From contig JAFXMB010000057.1 of the NCBI GenBank assembly GCA_017530735.1, forward strand, positions 19,275-83,274: 64,000 bases of DNA, given 5' to 3'. The translations under genes were made by a program, and so were the position numbers. Positions 59,201 to 64,000 of the stretch are shown here, piece after piece. The number at the start of each line of letters is the position of its first letter. The first letter of the stretch is position 1. Below the pieces are notes generated by a model. It had not been told where the DNA came from. It saw only the letters and a list, made by a program, of their open reading frames with translations, and did no database searches. The DNA is from Bacteroidaceae bacterium (GTDB lineage Bacteria > Bacteroidota > Bacteroidia > Bacteroidales > Bacteroidaceae).

Positions 59201-60233
59201 TTCCTTCTTGATACTCGTAAAGATGACGTATCTGGCCGATAAACGTCTTCTTGACGGATATGAGTCCGTAGCCGGCCGTGGCGTAGAGGGTCTCACGGTC
59301 CTCGGAGTTTACCAGTGTGGATGTGACGTTCTTAAGGGTGTTTACAACCTCCACGCTGACCTTGTTATTGTCAATGATGTTGCTTCTGTCTATGATGCAT
59401 ATGCCTGCATCCGAGTGGGCTGTCAGCAGGTTTCCGTTGGGAAGCGGTGTGATGAGTGAGATGTCATCCGAAAGAAGTCCTACGGTAAAGGTGTCATATT
59501 GGGCTACCTTCTCAAAGTTGCCGTTTATGTAGTATCCTTTCAATCCTTCAGAAGGCACTGAGAGCCATATGATGTTACTCTTGTCTATAGCCGTGGCTTT
59601 GGCTATGATGGGGCTGTCTGTTCCCGGTACGTGTTCAATAGTCCCTGTGTTACGGTTGAACCTGTAGAGACCCAGTTTGTCATCGGCAAGGAAGATGATG
59701 GAGGCATCTGATTCGGAGCGCAGGATCTTTACAAAATCAAAGTCTTCCTTATCGGGAAACGAGGCAACCATACTGCATTCCGAACTCTCCATGTCAAATG
59801 AGAAGAGCGCATGTATGTTGGGGTCATAGAAGGTGGCCACATCTCCTTCAAGCAGCAAATCCTTGGTCTTGAGAATGATGTCGTTGTATTTGAGCGTAAC
59901 CGCGAACTTGTTTTTGTGGTCATAGCAAAGGATACGGTCCTCGGATGCCAGCAGGATGTTCTCTGTACAGACTATGCTGTTTACATTACCCAGCATGACA
60001 AGTCCTCCTTCAGAAACTATTTCCCTGATATTGGTGACGGTACCATTGGATATTACGGATAGTCCTACGTCAGAACCTACCCACAGACGGCCCAGCCTGT
60101 CTTTTGCAAGTACATTGAGAGTCTGGCTTTCAAGTCCGTTGCCTATGGTGCTTTGGGATATGGACAGACCGCCTGCCGCCCAAAGCAGAGAGGTGTATAG
60201 TATTGCGAGTGATACAGCAAAGATTCTCCTCAT
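56262..60233 (-). CDS. hybrid two-component system (HTCS), tandem paralog with an atypical receiver acidic pocket
   Basis: 1323 aa with the same architecture. H-box SNIAHELRTPLSLI. The receiver reads VLYVCADNE...LVVSDIDIP...LLTSRS...IPKP, so the usual DD pair is Cys-Ala. It has a C-terminal AraC-type HTH. Confidence 0.9.
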   Translation of the reverse strand: MRRIFAVSLAILYTSLLWAAGGLSISQSTIGNGLESQTLNVLAKDRLGRLWVGSDVGLSVISNGTVTNIREIVSEGGLVMLGNVNSIVCTENILLASEDRILCYDHKNKFAVTLKYNDIILKTKDLLLEGDVATFYDPNIHALFSFDMESSECSMVASFPDKEDFDFVKILRSESDASIIFLADDKLGLYRFNRNTGTIEHVPGTDSPIIAKATAIDKSNIIWLSVPSEGLKGYYINGNFEKVAQYDTFTVGLLSDDISLITPLPNGNLLTAHSDAGICIIDRSNIIDNNKVSVEVVNTLKNVTSTLVNSEDRETLYATAGYGLISVKKTFIGQIRHLYEYQEGILGFENYISALEEPEGTVILATMGNGLTRIDPVNQQSTVLKGTEKLKIVSMCPIDDDNVFLIADEKMGLLFFNRIQNRVMQRVSRYPDIPTPSYADLRNVQLARADNGDVFIFNFSSHHYVYRKNTAKIEELLLFSQDNEEIRLIENVCSTPYAVYVTYRGTIIEINYSSLESRCIYQNKDKVIHNITSLEPNSKGDLFFTEPDGLHRYDPRSNFDEILVETWGNGRFLNIAVDTRDRIWFTTTNEYIQMYDPSKKELLLYSIEDGVPSSRFLNSFSLCTRSGIVLFPNYIGMVTINTNSSLMIDTPPVDVICTAAHTEKKDYSIQEIRNSVNTPLRLPTKYRELNLEFSANSFNPTYPHLIIYNIYRDNILVRAVSTTGTTITIPKLDYGTYNVVIRQAYRKGLSEPQTILTFRVPKHFLGTVPGVLSALLVLLIFGYSIARFSSNREKNRLEKAIAAQDIKNREDKIAFLSNIAHELRTPLSLIYNPVKDFLQEKSVDGIDYERMERIFNQVNKMTVMVNMILDSSRADVNKADILIEEVNLNEWLNFLLEDYRIDCYGKGFSLKFIMDNSIGMVSIDKRIIETGLSNMVNNAIKYSNPGTAIIVSTQKTGDTIRVSVKDQGRGFSCDPEDLFKRYYRDNVDSSIPGYGLGLPYARLQLSLIGGIMSAFNNEDGAGSTFFMEFPSAPGKKNPSSHSASDSARKSKSAADDTPDSMLEGMAQDFDTNDMTVLYVCADNEMADSFCKEFESMFRMIHTANSGNDAVTLLNSTDIDLVVSDIDIPEPDGFELCRYIKSTLDISHIPVILLTSRSDERNKSLGYKMGADAFIPKPYDFKQMNTIIRSQLGGRFEIKRQYNFGFFSKMSSDQTFSVTDEEFIGSLNSLIEQFISDPSLNEDYILKQTGMTRVMMNRKMKGLLGTDLSNYLTRFRVSIVKDKLTGTDEDVESIAKQTGFTSVDAMNKAFKRETGKTLEDMREQ

Positions 60234-60257
60234 ATTGTAATGCCCTTTATATCACTA

Positions 60258-60265
60258 CAAAACTA
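60258..60265 (-). promoter_or_regulatory. candidate -7 box TAGTTTTG for the HTCS pair
   Basis: Minus-strand TAnnTTTG, 25 nt upstream of the ATG at 60233. No comparable box occurs in the 47-nt gap before the second HTCS. Confidence 0.4.
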
Positions 60266-60280
60266 AACAAATGCGCCATT

Positions 60281-60315
60281 AAAAACAAGAGCGTGCGGAT
60301 ATTTTCCGCACGCTC
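60281..60315 (-). terminator. intrinsic terminator of mdh
   Basis: GAGCGTGCGG (60289-60298) pairs with CCGCACGCTC (60306-60315), followed on the minus strand by TTGTTTTT. Confidence 0.8.
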
Positions 60316-60340
60316 CTGATATAAAGGAAAACTGTTTTTA

Positions 60341-61339
60341 TCAGAGGTTGGGGTTGTACTTCTTCCACTCGCTTACTGCGGGGAGTACGCCAAGTGAGAT
60401 AACCTCGTCACGCATAGCCTGAAGATGCTTGTAGCTGGCCTCGATGTCAGCCATCTCAGTAGCGGTACCCTTAACGTCAGTGTAGTGAACGCCGGTAGCG
60501 TCGATGGTTGAAGGCATAGCCATCATTACGTTCTGGAACTGTGAGTTGTTTACGTAGCAACCTGCAGGCCACTCGAACTTCTCACCGCCCATGGCAGCAC
60601 CGATCATCTCGATTGAAACGAATGAGGGGCTCTGGAATGATGAACGTCCGCGAAGCTCAATGATCTTGGCACCGCCCTTGATAACATCCTGCTTCATCTG
60701 TGCCCACTGCTCGTTTGTAAGAGCGGGTGTGCCGATGATATCGGTCAGAGGCTTGCCGTCAACCTTTGCGGTTGATGCGAACACTGCCATCTGCTCACCG
60801 TGACCGCCGTATGTGCGTGCGGTTGTAACCTTGTCCTGAGCAATACCGAAGTGCTTGGCAAGTGCGCTCTGCAGACGTGTTGAGTCAAGAGCAGCAAGAG
60901 TGGTGATCTGTGAAGGTTTCAGACCTGAGTAAACCAGAGTTACCAGACCGGTGATATCGGCCGGGTTGAAAATGATAACGCAGTGCTTCAGGTCAGGGCA
61001 GTATGTCTTGATGTCCTTACCCAGCTGCTCGGCGATCTTGGCGTTGCCAACCAGCAGATCCTCGCGGGTCATACCGGCCTTACGGGGAGCACCACCTGAT
61101 GAAACCATGTACTTGGCATCCTTGAAAGCCTCTTCAACCTTGTCGGTGAAGGTGATGTTGACACCGGGGAATGAGCAGTGACGGAGTTCCTCAACTACAC
61201 CCTCCAGACCGGGAAGATAAACATCATAAAGGCAGATGTTTGATGAAAGGCCCATCATAATGGCTGTCTGAGCCATGTTTGATCCGATCATACCGGCTGC
61301 GCCAGAGATGACCAGTTTCTCATTTGTCAAAAACTTCAT
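60341..61339 (-). CDS. mdh: malate dehydrogenase (NAD-dependent, 332-aa type)
   Basis: Motifs ISGAAGMIGSN (dinucleotide fold), PRKAGMTREDLL (substrate Arg) and YGGHGEQM (catalytic His). Confidence 0.8.
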   Translation of the reverse strand: MKFLTNEKLVISGAAGMIGSNMAQTAIMMGLSSNICLYDVYLPGLEGVVEELRHCSFPGVNITFTDKVEEAFKDAKYMVSSGGAPRKAGMTREDLLVGNAKIAEQLGKDIKTYCPDLKHCVIIFNPADITGLVTLVYSGLKPSQITTLAALDSTRLQSALAKHFGIAQDKVTTARTYGGHGEQMAVFASTAKVDGKPLTDIIGTPALTNEQWAQMKQDVIKGGAKIIELRGRSSFQSPSFVSIEMIGAAMGGEKFEWPAGCYVNNSQFQNVMMAMPSTIDATGVHYTDVKGTATEMADIEASYKHLQAMRDEVISLGVLPAVSEWKKYNPNL

Positions 61340-61382
61340 AGCTGTTTTAAGTATATAAGTCCGTTATTTTTGTCTTGGACCA

Positions 61383-61390
61383 CAAAAGTA
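61383..61390 (-). promoter_or_regulatory. candidate -7 box TACTTTTG for mdh
   Basis: Minus-strand TAnnTTTG, 44 nt upstream of the ATG at 61339. Confidence 0.45.
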
Positions 61391-61467
61391 ATCAATTAGT
61401 TGTTTGATTGGTATATAAATTCAGAAAAGTTGCACTATTTTAGCACCTGAAAAAAACATATCCGGAT

Positions 61468-61980
61468 ATGGCAATCATCAAATCAGTAAGAGGCTTTACC
61501 CCAGAAATCGGAGAGGATTGTTTCCTTGCCGATAATGCCGCAATCATAGGTGATGTGGTAATAGGAGAGGGGTGCAGCATATGGTTCGGAACGGTACTTC
61601 GCGGCGATGTCAACTCCATCCGCATAGGTAACGGGACCAACATACAGGACGGCACGGTAATCCATACTCTCTATCAGCGTTCCACTACAGTTATTGGCGA
61701 TAACGTATCGGTTGGCCATAACGTTACCATCCATGGTGCCGAGATCAAGGACAACGCCCTGATAGGAATGGGATCAGTTGTTCTGGATCATGCCGTAGTG
61801 GGTGAGGGTGCCATTGTGGCTGCCGGATCAGTTGTGACCGGTAAGACGGTGATTCCGCCCCATACCCTTTGGGCAGGCGTTCCGGCCAAGTACATAAAGG
61901 ATGTGGATCCGGCTCAGGCTGAGGAGATGAATCAGCGCATTGCCCGCGACTATCACATGTACGCCAGCTGGTACAAATAA
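61468..61980 (+). CDS. gamma-carbonic-anhydrase-like left-handed beta-helix (hexapeptide repeat) protein
   Basis: 170 aa with the hexapeptide periodicity IIGDVVIGEGCSIWFGTVLRGDVNSIRIGNGTNIQDGTVIH. Confidence 0.85.
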   Translation: MAIIKSVRGFTPEIGEDCFLADNAAIIGDVVIGEGCSIWFGTVLRGDVNSIRIGNGTNIQDGTVIHTLYQRSTTVIGDNVSVGHNVTIHGAEIKDNALIGMGSVVLDHAVVGEGAIVAAGSVVTGKTVIPPHTLWAGVPAKYIKDVDPAQAEEMNQRIARDYHMYASWYK

Positions 61981-61996
61981 GCTATCCAGCTGATTC

Positions 61997-62073
61997 AGGG
62001 TCAGACCCCTTTGCGTCGTAACAGAAGCAGCTATAAGAGCAACCTTTCATACGACGCAAAGGGGTCTGACCCT
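61997..62073. repeat. long perfect inverted repeat (24-bp arms, 29-nt loop) between convergent genes
   Basis: AGGGTCAGACCCCTTTGCGTCGTA (61997-62020) is the exact reverse complement of 62050-62073. Confidence 0.9.
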
Positions 62074-62078
62074 AAAAG

Positions 62079-62136
62079 CTAGTCGAGCCTTATCTCGCCT
62101 AGGATGAAAAGGCTAGTCGAGCCCTATCTCACCTAG
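62079..62136. repeat. direct repeat duplicating the waaA 3' end (24 nt, 2 mismatches, 34-nt period)
   Basis: CTAGTCGAGCCTTATCTCGCCTAG (62079-62102) versus CTAGTCGAGCCCTATCTCACCTAG (62113-62136). The second copy encodes the last 8 codons of waaA. Confidence 0.85.
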
Positions 62137-63342
62137 TATTCTATCTGAGGTGCCGCTGCTGCTGCGCACATAGTCACCTGCGTTCTTGCCGGCTTTCTTG
62201 AGGAATCCCGGATCACTGATGAACTTGTCAATCAGGATACGCAGCGAGTAGGCATCGGTTATCTCAAAACCACCTTTGAGTTGCTTGAGTTCCTGAGCCT
62301 CGCGGAAACGCTGGTTGTTGGGGCCGAAAAGCACCGGTATGTCAAATACCGCAGCCTCCAGCACGTTATGTATTCCAACTCCGAATCCGCCGCCGATATA
62401 TGCGATGTGCCCGTAGCGGTAGATCGATGAGAGCATTCCGAAGCAGTCTATGATGAGGGTGTCATAACCCTTGATATTCTCTAATGTGGCCTTTGAGAGG
62501 CGTATGTAATCACGTCCGTTGAGACGGCTTTCAATCTCCGCCAGATGCTCCTCATGAATCTCATGGGGTGCAATTATGAGTTTCCAGTCGGGTTTGGTCA
62601 GGAAGTAGGGGATGAAGAGTTCCTCATCGGCCGGCCATGAACTGCCTGCTATGAATGTGGGATCTCCGTTTACGAATTTCTCTATAACCGGGAACTGTCT
62701 GGACGCTGCGGCAACTTCAAGCACACGGTCGGCACGGGTATCGCCTACAATTGAGACATCGGTTATGCCGATGCTCTTGAGCAGATCCTTGGAGTGACGG
62801 TCCTGGACAAACAGGTGCTTAAAGTATGTGAGAGCCTTGGCATATGCCTTTCCGTACCACTTGAAGAACAGCTGGTTGTCACGGAATATTGACGATACGC
62901 TGAATATCTCTATATTTCTCTTGTATAGTCCCCTGAGGAAGTTGGGCCAGAATTCGTATTTGATGAAGAAGGCCTTCTCTATCTTGATGTTATCCAGGAA
63001 CCTGCGGACATTCATTGGAGTGTCAAACGGGATGTAGCAGACAATATCGGCACCCTTGTAATCCTTGCGTACCTCATAGCCTGAAGGCGAGAAGAATGTA
63101 AGCAGGATCCTGCACTCGGGATGCTTGCTGTGGATTCTCTCAATAAGCGGACGTCCCTGCTCAAATTCACCCAGTGAGGAGGCGTGAAACCACAGGTATT
63201 TGGATTGCGGATCCACCTGACTCCTGATGGTGTCCAGGATATGGTTGTGTCCCTTAATCAGAAGACGGGCCTTCTTATTGAATAATGACGCTATATTTAT
63301 ACACAGCGCATACAAGTAAATGCCGATTGTGTAGATAATCAT
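62113..63342 (-). CDS. waaA: 3-deoxy-D-manno-octulosonic acid (Kdo) transferase
   Basis: WFHASSLGEFEQGRPLIERI (family N-terminal motif) and a GT-B C-terminal half. The start is set at the ATG at 63342 (MIIYTIGIYLY...), because the track GTG start at 63387 lies inside gltX. Confidence 0.88.
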   Translation of the reverse strand: MIIYTIGIYLYALCINIASLFNKKARLLIKGHNHILDTIRSQVDPQSKYLWFHASSLGEFEQGRPLIERIHSKHPECRILLTFFSPSGYEVRKDYKGADIVCYIPFDTPMNVRRFLDNIKIEKAFFIKYEFWPNFLRGLYKRNIEIFSVSSIFRDNQLFFKWYGKAYAKALTYFKHLFVQDRHSKDLLKSIGITDVSIVGDTRADRVLEVAAASRQFPVIEKFVNGDPTFIAGSSWPADEELFIPYFLTKPDWKLIIAPHEIHEEHLAEIESRLNGRDYIRLSKATLENIKGYDTLIIDCFGMLSSIYRYGHIAYIGGGFGVGIHNVLEAAVFDIPVLFGPNNQRFREAQELKQLKGGFEITDAYSLRILIDKFISDPGFLKKAGKNAGDYVRSSSGTSDRILGEIGLD

Positions 63343-63355
63343 CTCTTGTTTGATG

Positions 63356-64000
63356 TCAGGAAAGTTCAGAAATGGCCTTGCGGGCACGTCTTAAAGTCTC
63401 TTCACGTCCCAGGAAATCTGTGATGCAGAATATCTGCGGACCCATGGCTGCTCCTACAAGAGTTACACGCAGGGCGTTCATCACCTTACCTGTAGCATAA
63501 CCTTTGGAGGCTATCCATTCCATTACCTTGGGCTCAAGCGTCTCACCGTTCCAGTCAGGCTGGGCCTCCAGGAAATCGCACAGTTCGGCAGTGGTCTTGG
63601 GAGCCTCGTCCTTCCACCATTTCTTGAGTGACTTCTCATCAAACTGTGTAGGAGCCTGGAACAGGTATGAGCAGTTGTCCCAGAGTTCACCTACAAAATT
63701 GACGCGGTTCTTGACCAGACCTACGGCAGTCTCCACACGCTCCATGGGAGCCTTTACACCGTGGCTTTCAAGAATGGGATTGAAAAGTTCCGCAATCTCG
63801 CGATCGCTCTTGAGCATTATGTATTCGTGGTTGAACCACACGAGTTTCTGATAGTTGAAACGGGCACCGGCCTTGCTGCACTTTTCAAGGTTGAACAGGT
63901 CAACCATCTCATCCATGGTCATAATCTCACGGTCATCACCCGGGTTCCATCCCAGCAGGGCCAGGAAGTTTATGACAGCTTCGGGAAGATAATCCTTCTC
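63356..64000 (-). CDS. gltX: glutamate--tRNA ligase, C-terminal part (the 5' end lies outside the window)
   Basis: The frame stays open to the window edge (...EKDYLPEAVINFLALLGWNPGDDREIMTMDEMVDLF...) and continues into an anticodon-binding domain. Confidence 0.9.
   Translation of the reverse strand, partial: EKDYLPEAVINFLALLGWNPGDDREIMTMDEMVDLFNLEKCSKAGARFNYQKLVWFNHEYIMLKSDREIAELFNPILESHGVKAPMERVETAVGLVKNRVNFVGELWDNCSYLFQAPTQFDEKSLKKWWKDEAPKTTAELCDFLEAQPDWNGETLEPKVMEWIASKGYATGKVMNALRVTLVGAAMGPQIFCITDFLGREETLRRARKAISELS

Noticed and set aside
63343-63387. A longer form of waaA starting at the GTG at 63387.
   Set aside because: The extension overlaps the 3' end of gltX. The ATG at 63342 gives the usual hydrophobic N-terminal anchor (MIIYTIGIYLYAL).
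1-64000. A search by eye for CRISPR arrays, IS elements or transposases, phage or conjugation genes, toxin-antitoxin pairs, restriction-modification or other defence modules, rRNA, riboswitch-like leaders and DGR/retron-type reverse transcriptases.
   Set aside because: None were found. Every ORF of 100 aa or more that is not a shadow ORF is accounted for by a housekeeping or envelope-related gene. The only regularly spaced repeats are the short motif array at 9576-10014 and the waaA 3' duplication, and neither has CRISPR-like repeat-spacer architecture.

Overview
This window reads as a conserved core-chromosome segment of a Bacteroidales bacterium with a type IX secretion system (T9SS); I cannot assign a genus. 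Supporting evidence:
- Por/T9SS C-terminal sorting domains on two proteins.
- Repeated Bacteroidetes-type TAnnTTTG -7 promoter boxes.
- Two hybrid two-component systems (HTCS).
- The uppS-bamA-ompH-ompH-murI gene order.
- A Bacteroides-type three-subunit fumarate reductase/succinate dehydrogenase.

I support 56 protein-coding genes, two of them truncated at the window edges, and one tRNA-Leu(TAA). Most genes are housekeeping: leuS, rdgB, polA, deoC, dtd, uvrC, apt, mnmG, sdh/frd CAB, argH, pyrE, uppS, bamA, murI, rbfA, xerD, dprA, mdh, waaA and gltX. Packing is tight, with many 4-nt start/stop overlaps and several convergent 3' overlaps. I see no rRNA, CRISPR array, transposase or IS, phage genes or recognisable defence genes.

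I did not find a convincing new multi-gene system. The observations most worth a second look are:
1. A 439-bp ORF-free island of about 25% G+C (9576-10014), densely populated with a CTGTTGA(A/T/G)A / CTGTT motif in both orientations.
2. A family of GGGG/CCCC-centred intergenic hairpins sharing an identical 14-mer at two distant loci, including a perfect 24-bp-stem hairpin at 61997-62073.
3. A tandem duplication of the last 8 codons of waaA just downstream of that gene.
4. Two tandem, equal-length (1323 aa) orphan HTCS paralogs, the upstream one lacking the receiver-domain acidic pair.
5. Several domain-level oddities:
   - a tandem PAP2 phosphatase with a degenerate second domain;
   - a secreted rhodanese-MBL fusion;
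   - a Tyr/Asn/Gly-rich insert in BamA;
   - a Gly/Met-rich insert in a carboxylesterase;
   - a Rieske-like 4-Cys lipoprotein.

All functional calls come from motif recognition by eye and need homology searches to confirm.
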